Shown here one piece after another: positions 49,823-60,103 of a stretch of DNA of 64,000 bases (positions are counted from its first letter, which is position 1; each line of letters begins with the position of its first letter). The notes below the pieces were generated by a model. It had not been told where the DNA came from and searched no databases. It was given only the letters and a program-made list of their open reading frames with translations. A program made the position numbers and the translations under genes. Source of the DNA: an uncultured SAR86 cluster bacterium (GTDB lineage Bacteria; Pseudomonadota; Gammaproteobacteria; Magnimaribacterales; AG-339-G14); contig CACKZK010000006.1 of the NCBI GenBank assembly GCA_902604535.1, forward strand, positions 789-64,788, written 5' to 3'.

Positions 49823-50889
49823 GATTTATAAATTTCTCCACCACCTAAACAAATATCATTTTGATAGAAGACAATAGATTGCCCAGGAGTTATAGCTCTT
49901 TGTGGTTTTTCAAATTTTACACTAAAGAAACCTTCTTTTTTTGTGAGGATACATTTCTGATCATCTTGTCTATATCGAATTTTAGCCATTAATTCCATAG
50001 GTTCTGAAAGATCTGGCTCAGAAATCCAGTTAATAGAATCGACGAATAATTTTTTTTCAAATAAATTTTCATTATCATTTCCTTGGACCACTACAAGGAC
50101 ATTTTCTAAAAGATTTTTTTCAACTACATACCATGGTCTTTCGTCGTAATTTTTTAATCCACCAATACCCAGTCCTTGCCTCTGACCTAAAGTATAGAAA
50201 GAAAGGCCTCTATGTGAACCAATCTCGTTACCTTTATCACAGACAATTTTTCCAGGCCTATCATTAATATAATTTTCTAAAAAACTAGGGAAAGGCCGTT
50301 CTCCGATAAAGCAAATTCCAGTACTATCCTTTTTTTCAAAAGTAGATAAATTCATGGATTTTGCAATTTCTCTAACTTCTTTTTTTGTAAGCTCAGAAAG
50401 AGGAAAAATAGTTTTATCTAAAACCTCTTTATTTATATTGCATAAAAAATAAGTTTGATCTTTGCTTTGATCTTTCGCTTTTGCAAGATAATTTGATCCA
50501 GATATCGATCTGATTTCAGCGTAATGACCAGTGGCAATGTAATCAAATTTATTGCTTACTGCATAATTATAGAATTCATTAAATTTTATATATTGATTAC
50601 ACAAAACGTCTGGGTTAGGAGTTTTTCCTTTTTCTAAATCTGTTAAGAATTTATCAAAGACCTTATGTTTGTATTCATTTGAAAAATTTAAATGATGTAA
50701 TTTTATATTTAACTGATCTGCTACTTTGGCAGCATCCATAAAATCTTCTTTGGCAGTACAGAGTGGAGTTCCGTCATCATCTTCCCAATTCTTCATAAAT
50801 GCTCCCTCTACCTCATATCCTTTTTGTAGAAGAAGTGCCGCAGAAACCGAGGAATCTACACCGCCAGACATACCAACAAGTACTTTCAT
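49819..50889 (-). CDS. mnmA: tRNA 2-thiouridine(34) synthase MnmA
   Basis: PP-loop VGMSGGVDSSV, catalytic Cys contexts (NPDVLCN, STGICFIG), C-terminal GQSIVFY. Confidence 0.95.
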   Translation of the reverse strand: MKVLVGMSGGVDSSVSAALLLQKGYEVEGAFMKNWEDDDGTPLCTAKEDFMDAAKVADQLNIKLHHLNFSNEYKHKVFDKFLTDLEKGKTPNPDVLCNQYIKFNEFYNYAVSNKFDYIATGHYAEIRSISGSNYLAKAKDQSKDQTYFLCNINKEVLDKTIFPLSELTKKEVREIAKSMNLSTFEKKDSTGICFIGERPFPSFLENYINDRPGKIVCDKGNEIGSHRGLSFYTLGQRQGLGIGGLKNYDERPWYVVEKNLLENVLVVVQGNDNENLFEKKLFVDSINWISEPDLSEPMELMAKIRYRQDDQKCILTKKEGFFSVKFEKPQRAITPGQSIVFYQNDICLGGGEIYKS

Positions 50890-50984
50890 AAGCTTATTTT
50901 ATTAAAAAAATGCAAAAGTCTTAAACCTTTATTTTAATGATACAATCACAATCCTAATTATCCCTAGCTATAAAATAATAAGTT

Positions 50985-52259
50985 ATGAGTTTTGAAAAAA
51001 TAGTAATTCCCTCTGAAGGAGAACCTATCACTATAAATGAAACGGGTAAGTTAAATGTTCCTAATAATCCAATAATCCCTTTCATTGAGGGTGATGGTAT
51101 CGGTACTGATATTACTCCAGCTATGATAAAAGTTATCGATAATGCTGTGGAAACTGCCTATGCAAATGAAAAGAAGATTTCTTGGATGGAGATTTATTGC
51201 GGTGAAAAATCAGTTGAAACTTATGGCAATGATACCTGGCTTCCTGATGAGACAATTGATGCAATCAAAGAATATATTGTCGCAATAAAAGGTCCGTTAA
51301 CCACTCCTATTGGAGGTGGAATCAGATCATTAAATGTGGCTCTTAGGCAAAAATTAGATCTTTACTCCTGCGAAAGACCTATTACATATTTTGAAGGAGT
51401 TCCTAGTCCAGTTATTTATCCTGAATCTACCGATATGGTGGTTTTTAGAGAAAATTCGGAAGATATTTATGCAGGTATCGAATTTAAAGCTGATTCTGAT
51501 GAAGCAAAAAAAGTCATAAAATTTTTTAGAGAGGAAATGGGAGTTGGAAATATTAGATTTGAAGAATTCTGCGGTATTGGAGTTAAACCTATCTCTAAGC
51601 CTGGAACTGAAAGATTAGTTCGAAAAGCAATTCAGTTTGCTGTCGATAACGATAGATCTTCAGTCACTTTGGTCCATAAAGGTAATATTATGAAATTTAC
51701 CGAAGGTGCTTTTAAGGAATGGGGATACGGAGTAGCTAAATCAGAATATGGCGCTGTTTCTCTGGATGGTGGTGAGTGGATGAGCTTTATAAATCCTAAA
51801 ACTGGTAGGACTATCGTTATCAAAGATGTTATTGCTGATTCGTTTCTGCAACAAATTCTAACAAGACCTGCTGATTATGATGTTATTGCAACAATGAATT
51901 TAAATGGAGATTATATTTCCGATGCATTAGCAGCAAAAGTAGGGGGACTCGGTTTAGCGCCAGGAGCTAATGTCGGAGATCACATTGCTTTATTTGAAGC
52001 AACTCATGGAACTGCACCAAAATATGCAGGAGAGGACAAGGTAAATCCATCTTCATTAATATTATCGGCAGGAATGATGCTAAATCATATTGGATGGAAA
52101 GAAGCTTCTGATAATGTAATCAAAGGGATAAGCTGGGCTATTAAAAACAAGCTGGTTACTTACGATTTGGCTAGATTAATGAAAAATGCAACAAAACTTA
52201 AATGTTCTGAATTTGCAGACGAGGTATGCAAAGGAATGAAGATGGGGTATCTGAAATAA
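50985..52259 (+). CDS. icd: NADP-dependent isocitrate dehydrogenase (homodimeric type)
   Basis: [21 protein letters not shown] (includes the Ser equivalent to E. coli S113), [25 protein letters not shown]. Confidence 0.95.
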   Translation: MSFEKIVIPSEGEPITINETGKLNVPNNPIIPFIEGDGIGTDITPAMIKVIDNAVETAYANEKKISWMEIYCGEKSVETYGNDTWLPDETIDAIKEYIVAIKGPLTTPIGGGIRSLNVALRQKLDLYSCERPITYFEGVPSPVIYPESTDMVVFRENSEDIYAGIEFKADSDEAKKVIKFFREEMGVGNIRFEEFCGIGVKPISKPGTERLVRKAIQFAVDNDRSSVTLVHKGNIMKFTEGAFKEWGYGVAKSEYGAVSLDGGEWMSFINPKTGRTIVIKDVIADSFLQQILTRPADYDVIATMNLNGDYISDALAAKVGGLGLAPGANVGDHIALFEATHGTAPKYAGEDKVNPSSLILSAGMMLNHIGWKEASDNVIKGISWAIKNKLVTYDLARLMKNATKLKCSEFADEVCKGMKMGYLK

Positions 52260-52269
52260 CATTAATTTA

Positions 52270-52629
52270 ATGTTTCTTGATTTTAAATTAGAGAGCAAAA
52301 ATCCAGAGGATGACTATGAAGGTGATTTATCGGTTGCCGTTAGACCTTCTGACCCAATAGTAAAAAAACCTTCTTTATATAGAATTCTTTTGTTGAATGA
52401 TGACTACACCCCCATGGAATTTGTAGTATATGTCTTACAAAAGTTTTTTAATTATGATCAAGAAAGAGCAACTCAAATAATGTTGGCAGTGCACACCCAT
52501 GGAAAAGGAGTATGTGGTATCTTTACCAAGGAAATAGCTGAGACAAAATCAACACAGATTAATGATTTTGCCCAGCAAAATGAACATCCTCTGATAAGTG
52601 AAATTGAACCAGTTGATGAAGAAGATTAA
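52270..52629 (+). CDS. clpS: ATP-dependent Clp protease adaptor ClpS
   Basis: [24 protein letters not shown] and HTHGKGVCG motifs. Confidence 0.95.
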   Translation: MFLDFKLESKNPEDDYEGDLSVAVRPSDPIVKKPSLYRILLLNDDYTPMEFVVYVLQKFFNYDQERATQIMLAVHTHGKGVCGIFTKEIAETKSTQINDFAQQNEHPLISEIEPVDEED

Positions 52630-54893
52630 TGTTAGAAAAAAATCTAGAAAATTGTCTTAATAACGCTTTTAAAAAAGCGCATAGCTCTAATCATGAATTT
52701 GTTACAACAGAGCACCTATTGTTTTGTCTTTTAGATAATAACGAGGCATTAAAGTTATTGTCTGCTTGCAATATTGATATTGAAAAATTGACACTGGATT
52801 TAGAAAAATTTCTAAAGGATTCAATTCCAGAAAATTCAGATTCAAAAAAAGACGTCCAGGCTACTCTTAGTTTTCAAAGGGTGATTCAAAGAGCAGTTTT
52901 TCACGTACAAAGCACCAAAGGTGCTGAAGTAACTGGAGCAAATATAATAGTAGCTTTGTTCAGTGAAAAGGAATCTTATAGTGTTTATTTATTGAAACAA
53001 CAAGGAATGACAAGACTGGACGCCGTTTCCTATCTGAGCCATGGCGAAGAAGAAGAAGAAACAGAAGATTCAGAAATAGATTACCAAAATGAAGAAGGGG
53101 AAGAATCTGAAAAGAATGCATTAATAAAATATGCAACAAATCTTAATCAAGAAGCATCAGAAGGAAATATAGATCCTTTAATTGGAAGATCTAATGAGTT
53201 AGAGAGAATCACTCAAATCCTCTCAAGAAGAAGCAAAAATAATCCACTCTTGGTAGGAGAATCTGGAGTTGGAAAAACTGCAGTAGTTGAAGGGCTTGCA
53301 AAAAATATTGTTGAAGGAAATATTCCAGACGTATTGAAAAACCGTCAAATCTTTTCTTTGGATATGGGATCTCTGCTCGCTGGAACAAAATACAGAGGAG
53401 ATTTTGAAAAAAGGTTAAAGTCTATTCTCAAAGAATTAAAAAAAATTGATGGTTCTATTTTATTCATCGATGAAATACATACTGTGATTGGTGCTGGCGC
53501 TACATCCGGTGGTGTAATGGATGCCTCAAATCTCTTAAAACCAACTCTTGGAAAAGGTAGCTTTACTTTAGTTGGTTCTACGACATATACCGAATATAGA
53601 AATATTTTTGAAAAGGATAGGGCACTATCAAGAAGATTCCAGAAAGTAGATATTGAAGAACCTTCTCAAGAAGAAACCTTAAAAATTTTAGAAGGTTTGA
53701 AATCTAAATTTGAAGAGCATCATCAACTAAAATATTCAAAAGAAGCTTTAAAATCAGCAGTTGAATTATCTTCAAAGCATATAAATGATAAATTCCTTCC
53801 AGACAAAGCTATTGATGTGGTTGATGAAGCAGGCGCCAGATTAAGACTTTTAAAAAATAATAGAAGAAAAACAGTATCTGAATTAGATATTCAAAAAGTT
53901 ATTTCATTGATGGCTAGAATTCCAGAAAAAAGCGTCTCTAAGGATGACAAAGTCTCATTAGGAAAACTTGAAGAAAATCTCAAAAGAGTTATTTTCGGTC
54001 AAGATGATGCAATAGAAAAATTAGTTAGCTCCATAGTTATGTCAAGAGCTGGTTTAGGTAACGAAGAGAAACCAATTGGAAGTTTTTTATTTGCAGGACC
54101 AACAGGCGTTGGAAAAACAGAATTATCAAGACAGTTGTCTTTATCAATGGGAGTAGAATTAATTAGATTTGATATGTCTGAATATATGGAGAGACATACA
54201 GTTTCAAGATTAATTGGTGCTCCTCCTGGGTATGTTGGTTATGATCAAGGGGGTCTTTTAACAGAAGCAGCTGTTAAAAATCCACATTCAGTAATTCTAT
54301 TAGATGAAATCGAAAAAGCTCATCCTGAGGTTTTCAATGTTTTGCTACAAGTTATGGATCATGGAACCTTAACCGATAATAATGGCAGGGTGGCAAGCTT
54401 TAAAAATGTTGTTTTAATTATGACAACTAATTCAGGAGCTCAAGAAATGGCTAGAAACTCTATGGGATTCCAAAAACAAGATAATTCATCAGATGGCGTT
54501 GAAGTGATTAAAAAAGCATTTTCTCCAGAATTTAGGAATAGATTAGATGCCATAGTTCAGTTTGACTCTTTACCTGAAGAAGTAATTCTAACCATAGTTG
54601 ATAAGTTCTTGACTGAAGTTCAAGCTCAACTCGATGAGAAACAAGTAACTCTTGAGGTCGATAATGATGCAAGAGTATGGCTATCTAGCAGGGGATATGA
54701 TGAAAAGATGGGTGCAAGGCCTATGTATAGAATTATTCAGGATAAAATTAAAAAGCCATTAGCAGAAGAATTAATTTTTGGAGAACTTTCAAGAAATGGC
54801 GGAAGCGTTATTATTTCAGTAGAAGAAGATGAGTTAAAAATTGATCTTAAGCCTAGTCCAAAAAAAGAGCAAAAGAGGAAAGAAAAAGTCTAG
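52629..54893 (+). CDS. clpA: ATP-dependent Clp protease ATP-binding subunit ClpA
   Basis: Clp N-domain and two AAA+ modules ([18 protein letters not shown], sensor/ClpB_D2-small). TAATG overlap with clpS. Confidence 0.95.
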   Translation: MLEKNLENCLNNAFKKAHSSNHEFVTTEHLLFCLLDNNEALKLLSACNIDIEKLTLDLEKFLKDSIPENSDSKKDVQATLSFQRVIQRAVFHVQSTKGAEVTGANIIVALFSEKESYSVYLLKQQGMTRLDAVSYLSHGEEEEETEDSEIDYQNEEGEESEKNALIKYATNLNQEASEGNIDPLIGRSNELERITQILSRRSKNNPLLVGESGVGKTAVVEGLAKNIVEGNIPDVLKNRQIFSLDMGSLLAGTKYRGDFEKRLKSILKELKKIDGSILFIDEIHTVIGAGATSGGVMDASNLLKPTLGKGSFTLVGSTTYTEYRNIFEKDRALSRRFQKVDIEEPSQEETLKILEGLKSKFEEHHQLKYSKEALKSAVELSSKHINDKFLPDKAIDVVDEAGARLRLLKNNRRKTVSELDIQKVISLMARIPEKSVSKDDKVSLGKLEENLKRVIFGQDDAIEKLVSSIVMSRAGLGNEEKPIGSFLFAGPTGVGKTELSRQLSLSMGVELIRFDMSEYMERHTVSRLIGAPPGYVGYDQGGLLTEAAVKNPHSVILLDEIEKAHPEVFNVLLQVMDHGTLTDNNGRVASFKNVVLIMTTNSGAQEMARNSMGFQKQDNSSDGVEVIKKAFSPEFRNRLDAIVQFDSLPEEVILTIVDKFLTEVQAQLDEKQVTLEVDNDARVWLSSRGYDEKMGARPMYRIIQDKIKKPLAEELIFGELSRNGGSVIISVEEDELKIDLKPSPKKEQKRKEKV

Positions 54894-55112
54894 TCACTTT
54901 CCTCTATAAGTTATCCTGCCTTTGGATAAATCATAAGGAGTCATTTCAACTTTAACCTTATCTCCGGTAAGAATCCTAATGTAGTTTTTTCTCATTTTTC
55001 CTGAAATGTGAGCTGTTATCACATGATCATTTTCGAGCTTCACTTTGAAAGTTGTGTTAGGCATGGTGTCTATTACTTCACCTTCCATTTCTATTAAATC
55101 TTCTTTTGCCAT
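54894..55112 (-). CDS. infA: Translation initiation factor IF-1
   Basis: 72 aa, [13 protein letters not shown]...[29 protein letters not shown]. Near-identical pattern to bacterial IF-1. Confidence 0.97.
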   Translation of the reverse strand: MAKEDLIEMEGEVIDTMPNTTFKVKLENDHVITAHISGKMRKNYIRILTGDKVKVEMTPYDLSKGRITYRGK

Positions 55113-55143
55113 AAAATATGTATTTATATGACTATTATGCCAG

Positions 55144-55251
55144 ATGAAAAAGGAAGATAAAAAGTTTCATCTTTGGGCGTTGCTATGCTTTCTGGGAATG
55201 ATCATTATCCTGCTGGCGATAGTTAGTTACTTTATTGATCTAATTTATTGA
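55144..55251 (+). CDS. Hypothetical 35-aa single-TM peptide
   Basis: My translation is [35 protein letters not shown]. Its stop is 1 nt before the next gene's ATG. No SD and no family recognised, so this is tentative. Confidence 0.35.
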   Translation: MKKEDKKFHLWALLCFLGMIIILLAIVSYFIDLIY

Positions 55252-55252
55252 A

Positions 55253-55507
55253 ATGAAAAACCTGAATGAGTCAGATATTTCAAGAGTCATTGAAATGGCT
55301 TGGGAAGATAGAACTCCATTTGATGCTATCGAAGCTCAGTTTTCTCTAAAGGAGCAAGATGTTATAGAAATTATGAGACGAGAAATGAAAACAAGCAGCT
55401 TTAAAATGTGGAGAAAAAGAGTGAATGGCAAAAATACGAAGCATTTATTAAAACGTTCTTTTTCTGTCGGACGACATAGGGCTAAAGTCCAAGGAAAACC
55501 AAGATAA
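55253..55507 (+). CDS. TIGR03643/DUF2805 family protein
   Basis: VIEMAWEDRTPFDAIEAQF....V...MR..M....F..WRKRV pattern typical of this family. Confidence 0.8.
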   Translation: MKNLNESDISRVIEMAWEDRTPFDAIEAQFSLKEQDVIEIMRREMKTSSFKMWRKRVNGKNTKHLLKRSFSVGRHRAKVQGKPR

Positions 55508-55525
55508 TTAAAAATTAAATTTTAG

Positions 55526-56554
55526 ATGATTGATACAAATATAAAGTTAATTGGTAATCCTGCATCACCGTACACACGAAAAATGGTTGCCTATTTAAGA
55601 TATAAGAGGATTCCGTATCAAGTGATGTGGGGAGAAGCATCGGATATTCTAAAATCAATGAAAATTGATCCACCTAATCCAATATTGCTGCCAGTTTTTC
55701 TACTACCCAGAGATGGAAAAATAACAGCTGTCACTGATTCAACACCTTTAATTGCAGAATTTGAAAATTCTCATCCGGAAAGATCTGTTTATCCTAGTGA
55801 TCCATCCCTTAAATTCATTAATTATATTCTTGAAGATTTTGGCGATGAGTGGTGTACAAAATTTATGTTTCATTATCGATGGTATTTCAGTGAAGATGCA
55901 GATAATGCTGGGACAATTTTACCGGTTGGAATTATGAATAATATTTCTGATGAAGAGCTATCTTTTTTTAAAGATCACTTCACAAAAAGACAAGTAGAAA
56001 GGTTGTGGGTTGTTGGATCCAACGATGAAACAGCATCCTTTATTGATAAAAGTTATAAGTCGGTACTTAAAATTTTAGAAAATCATTTAAAAATTCAACC
56101 CTTTTTATTGGGTTCAACACCTTCGTCTTGTGATTTTGCAGTATATGGTCAACTTACACAGTTAATAGGATTTGATCCAACTCCACGAAGAGTTGCTCAT
56201 GAAATTGCCCCAAGGGTAATTGGATGGGTGAGTTCTCTTGAAGATAGAAGCGGTCTTGAAGATAAGGAACATAATCTTAAACTATCAGATCTTCCGCAAA
56301 CCATTCATGATTTGTTTAAAGAAATGAGTACTTCTTACATACCAACATTGATTGCTAATAAACAAGCTATTGAAAAAGGGAAGAATGAGTGGGAAATAGA
56401 TTTAGATAATGGTAAGTGGAAACAGAAATCCTTCCCATACCAAGCAAAATGTTTAACTTGGATTAAAGAAGAATATGAGAAACTAGACATAAATGAAAAA
56501 GATGAAGTTTTATCTTTTTTAAAATTAAATAATTGCGAAATGTTGGTGATATGA
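55526..56554 (+). CDS. Glutathione S-transferase-like protein (long, ~340 aa)
   Basis: GST N-terminal thioredoxin-like start (KLIGNPASPYTRKM) and a GST-C-like region (CDFAVYGQL). Confidence 0.65.
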   Translation: MIDTNIKLIGNPASPYTRKMVAYLRYKRIPYQVMWGEASDILKSMKIDPPNPILLPVFLLPRDGKITAVTDSTPLIAEFENSHPERSVYPSDPSLKFINYILEDFGDEWCTKFMFHYRWYFSEDADNAGTILPVGIMNNISDEELSFFKDHFTKRQVERLWVVGSNDETASFIDKSYKSVLKILENHLKIQPFLLGSTPSSCDFAVYGQLTQLIGFDPTPRRVAHEIAPRVIGWVSSLEDRSGLEDKEHNLKLSDLPQTIHDLFKEMSTSYIPTLIANKQAIEKGKNEWEIDLDNGKWKQKSFPYQAKCLTWIKEEYEKLDINEKDEVLSFLKLNNCEMLVI

Positions 56555-56555
56555 A

Positions 56556-57479
56556 ATGAATAGAATTACTGAAATATTGGGCTGTAAATATCCAATAATA
56601 CAAGCTCCTATGGGATGGATTGCGAGAAGTACGCTTGCATCAGCAGTTTCTAATGCAGGTGCTTTTGGCATTATAGAAACTTCATCTGGAGAAGTAGATC
56701 AGTGTAAAGATGAAATAAAAAAAATGGCTACACTCACAAATAGTCCTTTTGGAGTTAATTTACCAATTTTATTTTTATCTGATGAAAGCATGCTGGATGT
56801 TGTGATAGGTGAAAATGTAAAATTTGTTACTACTTCTGCAGGGGATCCAGCTAAATATATTCATAAATTAAAAGAAGCAGATATCAAAGTATTTCATGCG
56901 GTACCTAGTCTTGCTGGTGCTTTAAAAGCAGTAGACGCAGGAGTGGATGGCTTGGTTGTAGAAGGTACTGAAGGAGGAGGTTTTAAAAGCCCCGAGGAGG
57001 TTGGTCTTCATGTATTAATTCAATCTATCAAGAAACATACAGATCTTCCAATTGTTGCAGCTGGAGGAATTGTTGATGGGAGAGGTATGGCAGCTGCTTT
57101 TGCTGCAGGAGCTGAAGGAATCCAAATGGGAACAAGATTTGTTTCATCATTAGAAAGTCCAGTACATAAAAATTATAAAAACGCCATTGTTGGTGGGAAT
57201 GAACAAGGTACATATATCCTCAATAAAAAAGCTAAGCCTTGTATCAGAGCATTAAAAACTGACTTCACAGAAAAAATTTATGATGAAGGCTTGATGGACA
57301 TGGGTGCCATGTCGGGAATTAAAAATCTTTATTTTGGAGGCGATATGAATGCTGCACCTGCATTGGCAGGACAATCAATAGGATTAATAGACGAAATAAA
57401 ACCAGTCGAAAAAATCATTCATGAAACAATTTCTGAATTCAATGATATTTGTAATTCTATGAGTTCTATCAAGTTTTAG
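56556..57479 (+). CDS. Nitronate monooxygenase / NMO-family FMN oxidoreductase (FabK-like)
   Basis: YPIIQAPMGWI, VAAGGIVDGRGMAAAFAAGAEGIQMGTRF. Confidence 0.85.
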   Translation: MNRITEILGCKYPIIQAPMGWIARSTLASAVSNAGAFGIIETSSGEVDQCKDEIKKMATLTNSPFGVNLPILFLSDESMLDVVIGENVKFVTTSAGDPAKYIHKLKEADIKVFHAVPSLAGALKAVDAGVDGLVVEGTEGGGFKSPEEVGLHVLIQSIKKHTDLPIVAAGGIVDGRGMAAAFAAGAEGIQMGTRFVSSLESPVHKNYKNAIVGGNEQGTYILNKKAKPCIRALKTDFTEKIYDEGLMDMGAMSGIKNLYFGGDMNAAPALAGQSIGLIDEIKPVEKIIHETISEFNDICNSMSSIKF

Positions 57480-57482
57480 TAA

Positions 57483-58565
57483 ATGAAAATTTTACGAACT
57501 CCGGAGAGTAGATTTAGCAACTTAAAAGATTTCCCTTATGTACCTCATTATACGCTGATAAAAACACATGATGACTCTGATCTAAGGATTCACCACATCG
57601 ATGAAGGACCAAAAGATGGTCCTATTCTTTTGGTTATGCATGGTCAGCCAGTCTGGAGTTACTTGTATTCAAGAATGATTCCATACCTAACTGATGCCGG
57701 TATAAGAGTGATCGCACCTGATTTACCAGGTTACGGTAAATCTGATAAACCTGCAGCAAGAGAAGATTATTCATATCAACGACAAGTAGATTGGATGAAT
57801 GATTGGTTAAAAATCAATGATTTTAATAATCTCATTTTCTTTGGACAGGATTGGGGAGGGCTTATAGGATTAAGGGTCATAGCAGATCAGGCAGATAGAT
57901 TTATTAAAGTTGCAATGGGAAATACAGGCTTGCCTTATAACCCTGATGTTTCTAAAGAAGTTATCGATAAAATTAAGGCATTTAGAAAAAGTGATATAAA
58001 ACTAAATCCAATATCTATGCAAAAGGAAATAAGAAAAATGGATGGCAAGAATATTTCTGATGATGATTCTCCTTCTCATCCTGCTCTAAGTTTTATGTAC
58101 TGGCAAAAATTATGCTGGGATACTAAAGATCTTCCAATTGGTTTCATGATGTCGAGCATGATGGAAAAAAATTCACGTATTAAATTCTTAATTTATTTCA
58201 TATTTCTTAGGACAGGTTTAAGAAAACTTTTTCCTTTAAAAACAAACTTAGACATAGCATATGAAGCACCTTTTCCAAATCCTTCTTATAAAATGGGACC
58301 TAGAGCTATGCCTAGCCATGTACCTATGATTCCTGATCAATCCTTGGAAGCTCAAAGGAAAGCAAGAGAGTTTTATAAAAATTGGAATAAACCTTTCTTG
58401 AGCGTCTTTGCAGGTGACGATCCTGTAACTAATGGTGCCGAAAAGGATGTCTTGAGAATGTGTCCCAATGCAAAAAGTGTACCCAATATAGGAGGAGGGC
58501 ATTTTTTTCAATGGACAAGAGCAAAAAAACTATCAAATATTCTTATAGATTTTATAAAAGATTAA
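57483..58565 (+). CDS. Haloalkane dehalogenase, DhlA-like (HLD-I) with enlarged cap region
   Basis: Collinear with Xanthobacter DhlA: RTPESRFSNL, HGQPVWSYLYSRMIP, nucleophile elbow GQDWGG (Asp-Trp), acid in AGDDPV, His in GGGHFFQ. Confidence 0.8.
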   Translation: MKILRTPESRFSNLKDFPYVPHYTLIKTHDDSDLRIHHIDEGPKDGPILLVMHGQPVWSYLYSRMIPYLTDAGIRVIAPDLPGYGKSDKPAAREDYSYQRQVDWMNDWLKINDFNNLIFFGQDWGGLIGLRVIADQADRFIKVAMGNTGLPYNPDVSKEVIDKIKAFRKSDIKLNPISMQKEIRKMDGKNISDDDSPSHPALSFMYWQKLCWDTKDLPIGFMMSSMMEKNSRIKFLIYFIFLRTGLRKLFPLKTNLDIAYEAPFPNPSYKMGPRAMPSHVPMIPDQSLEAQRKAREFYKNWNKPFLSVFAGDDPVTNGAEKDVLRMCPNAKSVPNIGGGHFFQWTRAKKLSNILIDFIKD

Positions 58566-58571
58566 TTATTT

Positions 58572-59033
58572 ATGTTCACTATGTTAGTTCCTAATACAGC
58601 GGATAATAATTATCTTGGTTTTAGGTTTGTTATTTATTTTTTTATCCCTTTTCTCTTATTAATGACTTGGAGATCTGTCATACATCTCTTTTATACAGAA
58701 TATGGCTTGCACAATATTGCTAACATAAAAGTTATAGAGGGTAGTCCTGATCCCATGCCAATAATCTATACATTTTTTTCATTGTGGGGATTGATTCAAT
58801 TATTATTTTGTTTTTTTTCTTGGGTGATTCTATTTAAATATAGATCTCTTTTGCCTTTAATGATTATGTTTTTTTTAATTGAATGGTTATTTAGGGTGCT
58901 AAATTCCTTTAATTCACCCCTCAATCTGGCTGAATATAAAATTGGTACAACACCAGGGGTTGAATTAGCACCATTTGTTACAGTTTTTTTGTTAATTTTA
59001 TTCATAACGTCTCTATTAAAAAGGAAGTCTTGA
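58572..59033 (+). CDS. Hypothetical integral membrane protein (~4 TM)
   Basis: Hydrophobic segments only. No family recognised. Confidence 0.5.
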   Translation: MFTMLVPNTADNNYLGFRFVIYFFIPFLLLMTWRSVIHLFYTEYGLHNIANIKVIEGSPDPMPIIYTFFSLWGLIQLLFCFFSWVILFKYRSLLPLMIMFFLIEWLFRVLNSFNSPLNLAEYKIGTTPGVELAPFVTVFLLILFITSLLKRKS

Positions 59034-59034
59034 T

Positions 59035-60096
59035 ATGAAAAAAATTATTATTTATCTTATATTGATAGTTTTTGTAATTGCTGGAATTTTATTTTTTTTG
59101 AGTAGAGTGCCGGCTGTTCAAGATGCTTTATTTCAGAGACTAGCTCAAACTTTAATAAGTACAACGCCGAACGTCTTTCCAGAGGAAGACTCATTGTCTG
59201 CCTTAGTATGTGGTTCAAAGTCACCTCTGCCACATCCAACCAGAGCTGAAACATGTGTAATGATTAAAGCAGGAGATGAAACTTTCATCTTTGATGTAGG
59301 AAATAGGAGTATCGATAATTTAAGAAACTGGAGAATTCCTTTAGATCAATTGAATGCAATCTTTATTTCTCACCTTCATTCAGATCATATCGCTGAGCTT
59401 CCAGAGATACATATGTGGAGCTGGGTAGGTACAGATAGGCAATCTAAACTTAAAGTATACGGCCCTGTAGGAGTAAATCAGGTACTCAGAGGCTTTACAG
59501 AAGCTTTTTCACTAGACTGGAAATATCGAAATGATCATCATGGAGATAAATTTGCTCCTTTAGAGACGGCAGGTTTTAATGGATTTGAAATTACTGACTT
59601 TACTACTCCAGTATATCAATCAAAGGGTATAAAAATTTCAGCTTTTCTAGTTGATCATAGTCCAATTGATCCATCTTTAGCCTATAAGATTGAATATAAA
59701 GGAAGATCTATTGTTTTAAGTGGAGATACTATTTATTCAGAGGCTGTCTTAGAAAATTCTAGAAATATTGATGTCTTATTTCATGAAGCTTTTCATAAAG
59801 GAACTTTAGATATGATGTATAACGCTCTTCCTGAGAATTCCTCATCTAGGATTGCGCTTGTAGATATACAAAATTACCATACCAATACTGTTGAAGTTGC
59901 GAATCTAGCGAAAGAAGCAAATGTTGGCCATCTTGTTTATTACCATTTAATACCTGCCCCAAGGACTAATTTAGTTGCAGATATTTTTACTAGAGGAATA
60001 GATGATATTCTTACAAATTGGACTTTATCTGAGGATGGAACAATGGTTATATTACCTGTAGATTCGAAAGAAATTATTATTACGTCAATTAACTAG
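59035..60096 (+). CDS. MBL-fold metallo-hydrolase (RNase Z/ElaC-like fold) with N-terminal anchor
   Basis: HLHSDH (HxHxDH) motif, downstream H and D ligand contexts (VDHSP, LSGDT, FHEA). Confidence 0.8.
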   Translation: MKKIIIYLILIVFVIAGILFFLSRVPAVQDALFQRLAQTLISTTPNVFPEEDSLSALVCGSKSPLPHPTRAETCVMIKAGDETFIFDVGNRSIDNLRNWRIPLDQLNAIFISHLHSDHIAELPEIHMWSWVGTDRQSKLKVYGPVGVNQVLRGFTEAFSLDWKYRNDHHGDKFAPLETAGFNGFEITDFTTPVYQSKGIKISAFLVDHSPIDPSLAYKIEYKGRSIVLSGDTIYSEAVLENSRNIDVLFHEAFHKGTLDMMYNALPENSSSRIALVDIQNYHTNTVEVANLAKEANVGHLVYYHLIPAPRTNLVADIFTRGIDDILTNWTLSEDGTMVILPVDSKEIIITSIN

Positions 60097-60103
60097 GAGA
60101 GTT

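Noticed and set aside
53046-53110. GAA-rich tandem-looking repeat (gaagaagaagaagaa...)
   Set aside because: It is in frame within clpA and encodes the acidic linker ([22 protein letters not shown]) between the N-domain and D1. This is coding low complexity, not a repeat element.
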